A stretch of 64,000 nucleotides of DNA, taken from a virus (taxonomy: Duplodnaviria > Caudoviricetes). How positions within the stretch are numbered: the first letter of the stretch is position 1; every line of letters begins with the position of its first letter. The stretch spans positions 1 to 64,000 of the IMG/VR virus record IMGVR_UViG_3300013901_000014. One strand, written 5' to 3'. Shown in pieces: positions 25,914-35,172 of this stretch. Below the pieces are notes generated by a model. That model did not search any database and was not told where the DNA came from. It saw only the letters and a list, made by a program, of their open reading frames with translations. Position numbers and translations under genes: made by a program.

Positions 25914-27899
25914 ATGATAACAAAGAACAACGATAAGGACACAGCCGTGGTGCTGCTCAGCCTGAGCCGCGTGACACCCGAGCCCGAGCCGAGCAGCGAA
26001 GAGATGGACAGCGTGAAAGTCTCGCAGCTGCAGCAGGACAGGCGCGCGTTTGACGTGCTGATGGAGGCACAGTACTACTGGAACCAGATGGATGACTTCC
26101 GCCGTGAGCGGCAGCGCAACAAGCGCTACGCCTACGGCAAGCAGTGGGACGACCTGATTACCGTGGACGGCTGCACGATGACCGAGGAGGAATACATAAA
26201 GAAGCAGGGCAACGTGCCGCTGAAGAACAACCTCATCCGCCGCCTGATGCGCAACGTGATAGGTGTGTTCCGCAGCCAATCGAAAGAGCCGACATGCACC
26301 GCCCGCGACCGCGACGAGCAGCGGTTGGGCGAGGCGATGTCGACACTGCTGCAATGCAACATGCAGCTGAACCGCATGGACGAGTTGAATGCGCGCACTA
26401 TGGAAGAGTTTCTGATAAGCGGCATAGCAGTGCAGCGCAAGAGCTATGGCTGGAGAAATGGGCGTGAGGACTGCTGGACCGATTATGTGCAGCCGAACAA
26501 CTTCTTTATCGACAACAACATGCGCGACTTCCGCGGCTGGGACGTGGGCTTTCTTGGCGAAGTTCACGACATATCGTTTGGACAGCTGTGCGAGCAGTTT
26601 GCCTCCACTCCCGACGACTACAGACGGCTGCGCGAGATATACCGCAACGCATCGCGCAAAGACTACATAGCATCGTACGCCGCCAGCTTCGGCTACAGCA
26701 AGCTCGACAACTACGACTTCCTGTTCACCAGCGAGCCGGGCCGCTGCCGCGTAGTGGAAGTGTGGCGCAAAGAGCAGAAGCCGCGATACCGCTGCCACGA
26801 CTACCAGAACGGCGACATCTTCAAGGTGGACGAGGAAGACTACGCATCGCAGGTGCTTGCCGTGAACGAGCAGCGCATGCAGATGGGGCGCGAGTATGGC
26901 ATGGAAGATGACGACATACCGCTAATCACCGCCGAGTGGTTTATGGACGATTACTGGTACTTTTACTACCTCAGTCCGTTTGGAGACATACTGAAAGAGG
27001 GCGAAACCCCGTTTGAGCACGGCTCCCACCCTTACGTGTTTAAGGTATATCCGTTCATTGACGGAGAGATACACAGCTTTGTGGGGGACGTGATAGACCA
27101 GCAGCGGTACACCAACCGCCTGATAACACTCTACGACTGGGTGATAAGGAGCACCGCCAAGGGCGTGCTGCTTGTGCCCGAGGACTGCCTTCCCGACGGC
27201 GTGAGCATGGACGACATAGCCGAGCGGTGGTCGGAGGTGAACGGAGTGATAGCGTTCAAGCCGAGCAAGAGCGGGGCGGTGCCGAGCCAAGTAGCCAGCA
27301 ACGCCACCAACATAGGCGTCGCCGAGCTGCTGAACATGCAGCTGAAGTTCTTTGAGGACATATCGGGCGTGAACGGTGCTTTGCAGGGCAAGCCAGGCTA
27401 CAGCGGCACAAGCGCGGCACTCTACAACCAGCAGACACAGAACGCCACCACATCGCTGCTTGACTTGCTCGAAGCGTTCAGCTACTTTGTGAAAGACGGA
27501 GCATACAAGGACGTGAAGAACATCCAGCAGTTCTATGACGAGAAGCGCGTGCTGAACATTGCCGGCAAGAGCGGCGCGGCAATACAGCTCGACCCACAGA
27601 GAATACGCGACACAGAGTTTGACTTGAGCATTACCGAGAGCACGAGCACGCCAGCATACCGCACGCTTGCCAACGACATACTGATGCAGCTGTGGCAGGC
27701 TCAGGCAATCAGCGTGGAGCAGTTGCTTGAATACGGCAACTTCCCATTTGCCGACGACTTGCTGCAAAGCATTCAGTCGCAAAAAGAACAGATACAGAAC
27801 GGCCAGACACCGGAGGGCATGTCGCCGCAGCTGCAACAGCAGGTGCAGGCACAAGCCAACCCACAGGCAATGGAACGGCTACAACAATACATGCAGTGA
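25914..27899 (+). CDS. portal protein (P22/podovirus-like)
   Basis: 661 aa from ATG 25914; N-terminal YYWNQMDDFRRERQRNKRYAYGKQW; Q-rich barrel-like C-terminus; context. Confidence 0.85.
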   Translation: MITKNNDKDTAVVLLSLSRVTPEPEPSSEEMDSVKVSQLQQDRRAFDVLMEAQYYWNQMDDFRRERQRNKRYAYGKQWDDLITVDGCTMTEEEYIKKQGNVPLKNNLIRRLMRNVIGVFRSQSKEPTCTARDRDEQRLGEAMSTLLQCNMQLNRMDELNARTMEEFLISGIAVQRKSYGWRNGREDCWTDYVQPNNFFIDNNMRDFRGWDVGFLGEVHDISFGQLCEQFASTPDDYRRLREIYRNASRKDYIASYAASFGYSKLDNYDFLFTSEPGRCRVVEVWRKEQKPRYRCHDYQNGDIFKVDEEDYASQVLAVNEQRMQMGREYGMEDDDIPLITAEWFMDDYWYFYYLSPFGDILKEGETPFEHGSHPYVFKVYPFIDGEIHSFVGDVIDQQRYTNRLITLYDWVIRSTAKGVLLVPEDCLPDGVSMDDIAERWSEVNGVIAFKPSKSGAVPSQVASNATNIGVAELLNMQLKFFEDISGVNGALQGKPGYSGTSAALYNQQTQNATTSLLDLLEAFSYFVKDGAYKDVKNIQQFYDEKRVLNIAGKSGAAIQLDPQRIRDTEFDLSITESTSTPAYRTLANDILMQLWQAQAISVEQLLEYGNFPFADDLLQSIQSQKEQIQNGQTPEGMSPQLQQQVQAQANPQAMERLQQYMQ

Positions 27900-28294
27900 T
27901 GAGGCTTATACTATTCTTGCTCAGGTACACGCCATTTGTGTTGACGCTGCTGATGATAGTCCACACGGCTCTGCTGCTGCGCGGAATTGATTGCAGCGTG
28001 CTGAACCATGCGTGCTTGTCGCCTTTGCCCTATGCGCTGTATATGGCGTTGAGCGTCAAGATGAAGTTCTGCGTGTTCCACCGCCTTGCACTGACATACA
28101 CGTTTGTGTTGTATATTTGCATAACGTTGCAGAGCTACAACGCCTTTGATGCTGTCGGCATTAACCTGCAAAGCGCGCGGCTGGTGATGCTGATAGTGGG
28201 AGTGATATTACTCACGGCATTTTTCACGATTAAGTTCTATGAATGGAAGAGAGGAATTAAATGCGGTGCTTGCCGAAATTGCGGCAGCTGCTAA
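27899..28294 (+). CDS. multi-TM membrane protein with C-terminal CxxC motifs
   Basis: TGATG overlap with portal stop; 3-4 hydrophobic segments. Confidence 0.7.
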   Translation: MRLILFLLRYTPFVLTLLMIVHTALLLRGIDCSVLNHACLSPLPYALYMALSVKMKFCVFHRLALTYTFVLYICITLQSYNAFDAVGINLQSARLVMLIVGVILLTAFFTIKFYEWKRGIKCGACRNCGSC

Positions 28295-28541
28295 CGATAA
28301 CATTTGTGGCATGGGTGATGAGACGCTGCACACGCTGGCCGGAGCATTGCGCACGATGTTCCGCGCCAAAGTGCCGCACACTTATTCGCGCGAGAGCGCG
28401 GCACGAGAGTTGGGCATCAGTGTGCGCCAGCTTCAGCGTGATGTACAGGCGAGCGGCGTGTGCTTCCGCAGAAATGGTGAGAGCAAGGTGTGGTTGACCG
28501 AAGAAGACATTAAGCGATTACGGAAATATCGTGAGAAGTAG
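28239..28541 (+). CDS. HTH DNA-binding protein
   Basis: YSRESAARELGISVRQLQRDV HTH. Confidence 0.75.
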   Translation: MNGREELNAVLAEIAAAANDNICGMGDETLHTLAGALRTMFRAKVPHTYSRESAARELGISVRQLQRDVQASGVCFRRNGESKVWLTEEDIKRLRKYREK

Positions 28542-28577
28542 ATTTCTTTGATTCTGGTTAGAATGTAAATTCAGGGA

Positions 28578-28608
28578 ATGGCCCAGCTGTGAAGCCGGGC
28601 CATTTTAT
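28578..28608. terminator. probable bidirectional terminator
   Basis: ATGGCCCAGCT-GTGA-AGCCGGGCCAT followed by TTTT; lies between convergent genes. Confidence 0.65.
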
Positions 28609-28645
28609 TGGCGGCAATAAAATGGTTTCCGCGCCAAAAAAAACA

Positions 28646-28691
28646 TACAAGATTTCGGCAAAATTATATACAAGAATTTGGCAAAATTATA
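28646..28691. repeat. two tandem imperfect 23-bp repeats
   Basis: TACAAGATTTCGGCAAAATTATA and TACAAGAATTTGGCAAAATTATA. Confidence 0.8.
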
Positions 28692-28698
28692 TATCGGC

Positions 28699-30786
28699 CT
28701 AAAACGAAGCCTCGGAAATGGCCTTTGCGTGTGGTGCTGAATAGGTGGCGCGGGTGACAATCGCGGGCGGGTCCATTTCGCGGAAACAGATATGCAGGCC
28801 AATGGCGCGCGTCATCAACAAGTCGTCGTGCTTGCCGATGATAGCGCCGAAAGCCCCATTCGGCTTGCGCTCGTAGGTAATGTACTCATCAAGACAGCGC
28901 GCGTCACGCTCAACATACATGCGCTCGCGAATGACCTTGACCAGCGTGGAGATAATCATAGGCTTGGTTGCGACATTGGTATGAAAGCCATACTTGCGCG
29001 GCAGCCCCTCGCGTATCTCCTCCTCAGACTGCTTGCGCTCGTAGAGGTTGGGATACACATCCTTTATCTGATTGAGGATATAACCAGACTGGTCGCCGTC
29101 GACCTGGCGCTGGCGGTCGTGCGTCTCAAGCGTGTTGCTCTCAATCACAAGCAGAGAGTTGTTGTAATAGGCCGCTATCTGCGCGGCTTTCCACGCCAGC
29201 AAGTCAATGTCGATATGCCCATACCATTGTGCGACAACCACCGGTTTGCCGCCGTCAGCCATGAACAAGCGGTCGAACACGACCACGACCGACCAGTCGG
29301 CCTTGTTGCTGCGGCCGCCAACATCGACCACAGTAAGATAGCGGTTGGTGACAATCTCTCTGCCGTCGGGCTCAGGGTCGGCCCATACCCACAGTTGCCC
29401 TTGCGAGTCGTCACGGAAGCGCAGCGACTTGAGGGCATCGCCGCCCTCGTCGCCATCGGCATACACATCGCCTATGCGCTTGGGCGCGCGGCAAGCATCG
29501 CGGAACCGCTCGACAAGTCCGGCATCAAACACGTGCGCGCCAGAGTTAACAAACGCCTCCACATCATCGCTTGGGTACTCAGCCGCCATCTGGCCGTGGT
29601 CGGTGTACTTGGCGCGCTCGCCAACATACCAGTTAATGGCTTCAAGCGTGGCCCCCTTCTCCCACAGCCGCCACAGATAGCGTCCGCTTTCCTCACGGCT
29701 CGACACCGCATTGTCGCGCTCACGGTTGAAGTAGAGCCATTGAGCGAACTCCACGGCATCGTCAAGCGGCTGCGAGTATGCCTCAATGTCGAACCACGAA
29801 ACGAACATAGCCTCGAACTGCGAGCGCTTCTGCGGGTCCTTGGCGTCATCATACTCACGCTGAAAAAAGTTGCCCGTGCCGTTGGCAGTGCTTTCGTAGA
29901 CAATCATAGTGTAAGGCTTGAGCAGAATACCAGAGCAGGCCGACCGCACAATATCCTCCGGCTTCTTTCCTTCGGTGGCTTTCCACAATCCCACCTCCGA
30001 AAGATGGACAAGGTTGTAGTCGCCGCCGCGGCAGGAGTCGGGCCGTTCAGCCGTACCGATTTTGATTTTGCAGTTGCGCTGCGGCACACGGAATATGGAG
30101 CCGGATCGTCCGACGCCCACAATCTTAGGCTCGTTCTCGTTGTACCGTTCGCCAAGTTGGTGCAGCATACTTACCGGGTAAACCTTAATCATGCGGTCGA
30201 ACATGTCCTTGATTTCGTCAGAGCCCGCACCCTGATGGGCAATGATGAGCGAGTTAAGGCCCACCTGGTGGACAAGCTGCAACCACGCCATATAGATTTG
30301 CGAAGTGGTAGAACCGCCCCACTGGCGTGCCTTGAGCAGCACTATGCGTATAGGCTTGCCCGCAAGACGCAGCGACTCCAACCGCGCCACAAAGCGGCGC
30401 TGCGGGCGCGTGAGACGGAACAGCACATCATTGCCGCCGCCCTTGTTTTTGATGTAGACAAACATAGCCGCCCAAAAAGGGAAGTCGTGCTTGCAGCGCA
30501 CGCGCACGAGCTGGTCTACAACCTTGTGCCGCTCCTCATCAGACGGCTCTACATTGAGCTTGGCAGACAGAAACTCATCGACACTGCCGCACTCCACAAC
30601 CTGCTTCACCAGCGGTACGGAAAGCATGGAGGCGGGCAGCCACTGCTCGGCCAGCGGGAAGTCGGGCAAGCGCACAAGCGTGCGCTCGCCGACAGAGCCA
30701 AGGCCGGTAATAGGATTGAAAGGCGCATTAATCTCAGCGTTGCGCCGCTCATTCTCTTTGAGTATGTCTTCTATCTCCTTTTCCAT
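28699..30786 (-). CDS. terL: terminase large subunit (podovirus module)
   Basis: Walker A LKARQWGGST, Walker B VHLSEVGLW, YESTANG coupling motif, nuclease VVDVGGRS...DWSV; likely start MEKEIED at 30786. Confidence 0.92.
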   Translation of the reverse strand: MEKEIEDILKENERRNAEINAPFNPITGLGSVGERTLVRLPDFPLAEQWLPASMLSVPLVKQVVECGSVDEFLSAKLNVEPSDEERHKVVDQLVRVRCKHDFPFWAAMFVYIKNKGGGNDVLFRLTRPQRRFVARLESLRLAGKPIRIVLLKARQWGGSTTSQIYMAWLQLVHQVGLNSLIIAHQGAGSDEIKDMFDRMIKVYPVSMLHQLGERYNENEPKIVGVGRSGSIFRVPQRNCKIKIGTAERPDSCRGGDYNLVHLSEVGLWKATEGKKPEDIVRSACSGILLKPYTMIVYESTANGTGNFFQREYDDAKDPQKRSQFEAMFVSWFDIEAYSQPLDDAVEFAQWLYFNRERDNAVSSREESGRYLWRLWEKGATLEAINWYVGERAKYTDHGQMAAEYPSDDVEAFVNSGAHVFDAGLVERFRDACRAPKRIGDVYADGDEGGDALKSLRFRDDSQGQLWVWADPEPDGREIVTNRYLTVVDVGGRSNKADWSVVVVFDRLFMADGGKPVVVAQWYGHIDIDLLAWKAAQIAAYYNNSLLVIESNTLETHDRQRQVDGDQSGYILNQIKDVYPNLYERKQSEEEIREGLPRKYGFHTNVATKPMIISTLVKVIRERMYVERDARCLDEYITYERKPNGAFGAIIGKHDDLLMTRAIGLHICFREMDPPAIVTRATYSAPHAKAISEASF

Positions 30787-31286
30787 TTGCAGAACAAAAA
30801 GCGCACCGCAGCGCACAGCAGCCCCAACAAGTAGCACCAAAGGTGGACAGCCGCGCTTGAATTGGGCAGCGCAAAACCTATAGCCAGATACAGAGCCATG
30901 CAGCACTGATAGTACCAACGGCGGCGCACATCGAACGACAGCAGGCCGAACAAGGCGTAGACCATTCCCGACAGCCCTATGGTGGGCGTAAGCAGAGAAG
31001 CGAACCAAGCGCCAAGCCAGGCAGCCGGCACAGATGCCGCAATGGCAGCAGCCAGTAGCAGCCGCGGCCACCTGACCTCATACAAGAACACGACAGAGAG
31101 CAGACACCAGCAATTGAGTGCGGCATGCAGCAGATTGGCGCGGAAGAACATGTAGGAGAGCCTCCCCCACCACGGGCCGCCGGCATACAAGCCGACCAAG
31201 AGCCAATCAACGTGAACAACAGCCACGCAAATCAGAATTAGAGACAGCCATAGAGCCGCAGCCTTTTCAGTTTTTCTTCCCTCCAT
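30771..31286 (-). CDS. rhomboid-family intramembrane serine protease
   Basis: LLHAALN, catalytic GLSG, distal AVHL histidine, about 6 TM segments; likely start MEGRK at 31286. Confidence 0.8.
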   Translation of the reverse strand: MEGRKTEKAAALWLSLILICVAVVHVDWLLVGLYAGGPWWGRLSYMFFRANLLHAALNCWCLLSVVFLYEVRWPRLLLAAAIAASVPAAWLGAWFASLLTPTIGLSGMVYALFGLLSFDVRRRWYYQCCMALYLAIGFALPNSSAAVHLWCYLLGLLCAAVRFLFCKWKRR

Positions 31287-31690
31287 TTCTTGCGGGCTTT
31301 GCAGATTATCAGTTTCGCACTGCCGGCCGACAGATAGAACCTTGGGGCGGGCTGCGCCACAACCTCGGCGCATAACTCCGTTGTAGTCCAATCGGGGTGC
31401 AGCTCGCGCAGTTCCAGCACACGGCGGTATATCTCCATGAACATCTCACGCTTGAGCGGACGCATGCGCAAGTGCTTGCGCTCGCCGCGCATTATTGCGG
31501 CCACCACCACAGAGGCGCGTATGTCGGAGACCCAGAAGCGTTTGGCGGGCGACTCCACCACGGCCTGATAGATGTCGGGCATGCGGATTTGGGCGCACGC
31601 GGCGATGTGCCGGTCATACGTCCTCATAAGGTCGGCCACCCTTTCATCTGAATACTCCATCTTACTGCCAAAATGCTTCATGCCTAACAC
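31238..31690 (-). CDS. hypothetical DNA-binding/late-regulator-like protein
   Basis: Basic 140-150 aa ORF, first in the operon with rhomboid and TerL. Confidence 0.65.
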   Translation of the reverse strand: MLGMKHFGSKMEYSDERVADLMRTYDRHIAACAQIRMPDIYQAVVESPAKRFWVSDIRASVVVAAIMRGERKHLRMRPLKREMFMEIYRRVLELRELHPDWTTTELCAEVVAQPAPRFYLSAGSAKLIICKARKKWREEKLKRLRLYGCL

Positions 31691-31759
31691 GTTGATTTAC
31701 CATAAAGTTAGCGATTTACAGCCGTAAGAAGATAAACAGACAGAGCCTATATGGGCGAT

Positions 31760-31767
31760 TAATTTTG
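31760..31767 (+). promoter_or_regulatory. promoter for head operon
   Basis: TAATTTTG 38 nt before ATG 31805; divergent intergenic region. Confidence 0.6.
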
Positions 31768-31804
31768 TGAAGAGAATTATTAACGCTACATACGAAATAT
31801 AGAT

Positions 31805-32593
31805 ATGGCTGAAAATAAGGAAGTTAAGAGCAACCGCGACACGATGCTTGAGCGCATGCGCAACAAGTATCCCGACGAGAACTTTGACGACGACGAAGCC
31901 TTGTACGGCAAAATCAATGCCGATTACGACGATTACGACAGCAAGCTGAAAGGCTACGAAAACGACAACAAAGTGTTGTCGGACATGTTCGCCGCGGACC
32001 CGAGAAGCGCGCAGTTCCTATCGTCGTGGCAGCAGGGCAAAGACCCCGCGATACAACTGGTGGAGCTGTTTGGCGATGACTTCGTAGACGAGTTGAAGAA
32101 GCCCGAGAAACAGGAGGAGCTTGCGCAGGCGAGCAAGGCGTTTGCCGAGCGCGTGGCGAAAGAGAAAGAGTACGAGCAGCAGTACAACGACAACATCGAG
32201 CAGACACGCAAAACCGTGGAGCAGATGCAGAAGGACGAAGGCCTGAGCGACGACGACATTGACCGCGCGATGGAGTTCCTCGTGAACGTGATGCAGGACG
32301 GCATTGTGGGCAAGTTCTCGCCCGAGAGCATACACATGGCGCTGAATGCGCTTGATCACGACAACGACGTGGAGCAGGCCGACCGCGAAGGAGAGGTGCG
32401 CGGACGCAACGCCAAGATTGAGGAGAAGCTGCGCAAGCCCAGAACCGGAGACGGCACAGCCGACCTTGCAGGCAAGAACGCAGGCGGCACAGGACTGCGG
32501 CAAGCGCCCGAACTTGGAGCGATAGGCCAGTACGGCGACGCCAACAAGAGCATTTGGGAGCGCGGAGGTTTCCGTCGCCGCTCAGGAAGATAA
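31805..32593 (+). CDS. capsid scaffolding protein
   Basis: Acidic, helical, directly upstream of capsid gene. Confidence 0.7.
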   Translation: MAENKEVKSNRDTMLERMRNKYPDENFDDDEALYGKINADYDDYDSKLKGYENDNKVLSDMFAADPRSAQFLSSWQQGKDPAIQLVELFGDDFVDELKKPEKQEELAQASKAFAERVAKEKEYEQQYNDNIEQTRKTVEQMQKDEGLSDDDIDRAMEFLVNVMQDGIVGKFSPESIHMALNALDHDNDVEQADREGEVRGRNAKIEEKLRKPRTGDGTADLAGKNAGGTGLRQAPELGAIGQYGDANKSIWERGGFRRRSGR

Positions 32594-32625
32594 CAACAAT
32601 CACCATTTAAGAGAGACAGATAGAT

Positions 32626-34065
32626 ATGAACAAATTCAAGACAATTCTGAGCTTTATGCTCAACGGCCTGGCCATGCTGGCCACGGCTGTAGTTAGCGCC
32701 TCGTGCGGAGTGATGATGGCCGATGCCACGGCACTGCCCGACGCAGGCAAGACAGAAGGCGGCAACGGCACCACCGACCAGACCCCCGACGGCATTGCCA
32801 CCGAGACCCGCGGACGCGCAGACGGCGACCCCGACTTCTACATGTCGGACGTAGACAAGCGCATTGTGAAAATCCGCCCCATGGCAACGCCCATCGACCA
32901 GATTTCGCGCTATGCGAAGTCGTCGAGCAGCAACAGCTTTGAGGTGAAGTATTACAGCGTGGGCACACGAGAAATCAAGTGCAAGACCACCGCAGCCGTG
33001 GAGGAACAGACACAGGGCGCGAGTGTGAAGTTGAGCGTGGCCGACACCAACATGTTCACCCTCGACGACACAATCCGCGTGGTTGGCGTCAAGGGCGTGA
33101 CCAACGACAAGGGCGTGGCCTACAATCAGAAAGACCCCAACTGCCCCGACCTCGTGCTGTGCGTGTGCGGCAAGGACACCGAAACCAACATGCCCATCGT
33201 GTATGCCGTGAACGGCAACATGGACACTTCGAGCAAGCAGCCCATTCTTGTGCCCGCAATTCCCAACGGCACAACACTGGTGCGCATGGGCAAGGCGTGT
33301 GGCGAGCTTGATGTGCAGACCGGCCGCTTCAACAACATACCCATGCCCGAGACCCAGTATTGCCAGAACTTCATGATACAGGTGGAGCAGTCAACATTCG
33401 ACAAGATTGCAGCCAAGGAGGTCAACTGGGGCTTCAGCGACGTGGAGGAAGACGGCATCTATGACATGCGTCTCGCAATGGAGAACAGCTTCCTCTTCGG
33501 TGTGAAGAACATGATTAAGCACGTGACCAAAGACGGCATGGCTACATGGTTCACCGGCGGCCTTTGGTGGATGGCCGGCAAGGACATTGAAGTGGGTACA
33601 TGGGACGCCCAGAACAAGTGTGCCGTAATCAGCGACGACAACCTTGTGGACATCACAAAAGACCTGTTTGTGGGCACCGGCATCGGCAACAAGCAGAAGA
33701 TTTTGTTCTGCGGTTCGGACATGCTTTCGGCATTCTCGAAAATCAAGAGCGAGAAATTCCGCCTCAAAGACACCGTGGAGGCATGGAACCTCAAGTTCAA
33801 AAGTTGGGATACCGACTTTGGCGAAGTGCTGACAATCCACCACGAGCTGTTTGACGTGAACGGAATGAGCGACTGCGGCTTTGCAATGGACCCCGAGTAT
33901 TTATCGAAGAAGACCCACGTGAGCTGGGCGCGCAACGTGCTCGACCTGCAAAAGGCCGGCATCCGCCGCACCGATGCAGTGGTGATTCAAGAGGTGTCGT
34001 GCCTCTATCTGCGATATGCCAAGGCCCATGCGCGCCTGAGACTTGCGCAGGCCCCCACAGAGTAG
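32626..34065 (+). CDS. major capsid protein with hydrophobic N-terminal leader
   Basis: 479 aa, between scaffold and strong terminator; ETQYCQNFMIQVEQS resembles the HK97-fold (SU10/DUF5309-like) N-Y-T-Q-I-F region. Confidence 0.8.
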   Translation: MNKFKTILSFMLNGLAMLATAVVSASCGVMMADATALPDAGKTEGGNGTTDQTPDGIATETRGRADGDPDFYMSDVDKRIVKIRPMATPIDQISRYAKSSSSNSFEVKYYSVGTREIKCKTTAAVEEQTQGASVKLSVADTNMFTLDDTIRVVGVKGVTNDKGVAYNQKDPNCPDLVLCVCGKDTETNMPIVYAVNGNMDTSSKQPILVPAIPNGTTLVRMGKACGELDVQTGRFNNIPMPETQYCQNFMIQVEQSTFDKIAAKEVNWGFSDVEEDGIYDMRLAMENSFLFGVKNMIKHVTKDGMATWFTGGLWWMAGKDIEVGTWDAQNKCAVISDDNLVDITKDLFVGTGIGNKQKILFCGSDMLSAFSKIKSEKFRLKDTVEAWNLKFKSWDTDFGEVLTIHHELFDVNGMSDCGFAMDPEYLSKKTHVSWARNVLDLQKAGIRRTDAVVIQEVSCLYLRYAKAHARLRLAQAPTE

Positions 34066-34087
34066 CCTTCATATAGAGTAAATAACC

Positions 34088-34133
34088 GACGCGTGGCGGA
34101 CGGACAACGAGCCGCCGCCACGCGTCATTTTTT
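34088..34133 (+). terminator. intrinsic terminator after capsid gene
   Basis: GACGCGTGGCGG/CCGCCACGCGTC stem followed by TTTTTT. Confidence 0.85.
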
Positions 34134-34144
34134 CAACAAGCGAT

Positions 34145-34522
34145 ATGATAAAGACATACAAATCAAATTCAAGCATAAGCATCAGCGTGGTGCTGCCCGG
34201 TACCGGCAAGAGCCTGCATGTGGCGTTCTCACCGCTGAGCGACGGCAGCAGCACATTCGCGACCGCCGACGCCAACATACAGAAAGCCATTGAGCGCCAT
34301 TACAGATTTGGCTCAATGTTCTTTGAGATTGAGACCCCCAAGGAACCCGAGAGAGTGCAGCAAAAAAAAGAGCAGAAGCCGCTGACAGTGAAGGTTACAG
34401 ACCTCGACTCCGCAAAAGACTACCTCGCCGAGACCTATGGCGTGAGCCGCACACAGCTACGCACGCAACGTGCCATAGAAGCAGCGGCAGCGGCCAACGG
34501 AATTGTGTTTGAGGGCATTTAA
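34145..34522 (+). CDS. hypothetical head-associated protein
   Basis: ORF after capsid gene with C-terminal small helical domain. Confidence 0.65.
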   Translation: MIKTYKSNSSISISVVLPGTGKSLHVAFSPLSDGSSTFATADANIQKAIERHYRFGSMFFEIETPKEPERVQQKKEQKPLTVKVTDLDSAKDYLAETYGVSRTQLRTQRAIEAAAAANGIVFEGI

Positions 34523-34536
34523 CGCACGGCCGCACT

Positions 34537-35172
34537 ATGGTGTACAAACTTGATGACGTGTTGCGCGATGTGCGCGTGGCCCTCGACCGCAACGGAGTTT
34601 CGGCCCCGCTGATAGAAGAGGGAGACATCGACACATTGTCGCTGAACGAAGTGATACGCAGCAAGGTGGTTGAAGCCGCGCGCCGCATAGAGTCGGAAGC
34701 CCCCGCGCACCTGCTGGAGGGCGGCCACACATTCGGAGATGCGGTGTATTGGGCCGACAAAGGCTGCGGCTGGGTGCTGCTGCCCGACGACTTCATGCGG
34801 CTTATAGTGTTTGAGATGAGCGACTGGGAGCGGCCCGTGTACAGCGCCCTATCGGCAGACGATGCGCGGTTTGCGCTGACACACAGCCGCTACAAAGGAC
34901 TGCGCGGCACACCGCAGCGTCCCGTGTGCTCCATAGTGTACCGCCCCGAAGGCCGCGCACTTGAATTCTGCTCGTGCAAAGACGAGACAGCCCAAGTCGC
35001 GCAAGGCAACTATCTGCCCTATCCCAAGACAGACGACAATGGCGGAATAGACCTGTGTGAGCGCTGCTACACCGCAATCGTGTATCAGACCGCGGCGCTT
35101 GTGGCAATGACATACGAAGAGACCGACAAAGGTTCGGCGTTAAACGAATTAGCTAAATCAGCATTAATATGA
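34537..35172 (+). CDS. head-tail adaptor / tail tubular protein A-like
   Basis: About 210 aa; position between capsid and tail spike genes. Confidence 0.6.
   Translation: MVYKLDDVLRDVRVALDRNGVSAPLIEEGDIDTLSLNEVIRSKVVEAARRIESEAPAHLLEGGHTFGDAVYWADKGCGWVLLPDDFMRLIVFEMSDWERPVYSALSADDARFALTHSRYKGLRGTPQRPVCSIVYRPEGRALEFCSCKDETAQVAQGNYLPYPKTDDNGGIDLCERCYTAIVYQTAALVAMTYEETDKGSALNELAKSALI

Noticed and set aside
28646-28691. CRISPR mini-array
   Set aside because: Two adjacent units with no spacer and no cas genes; no repeat-spacer array was seen anywhere in the window.
28792-30834. 680-aa plus-strand ORF opposite TerL; similarly 47507-48727 and 58634-59995
   Set aside because: Shadow frames of clearly identifiable genes.
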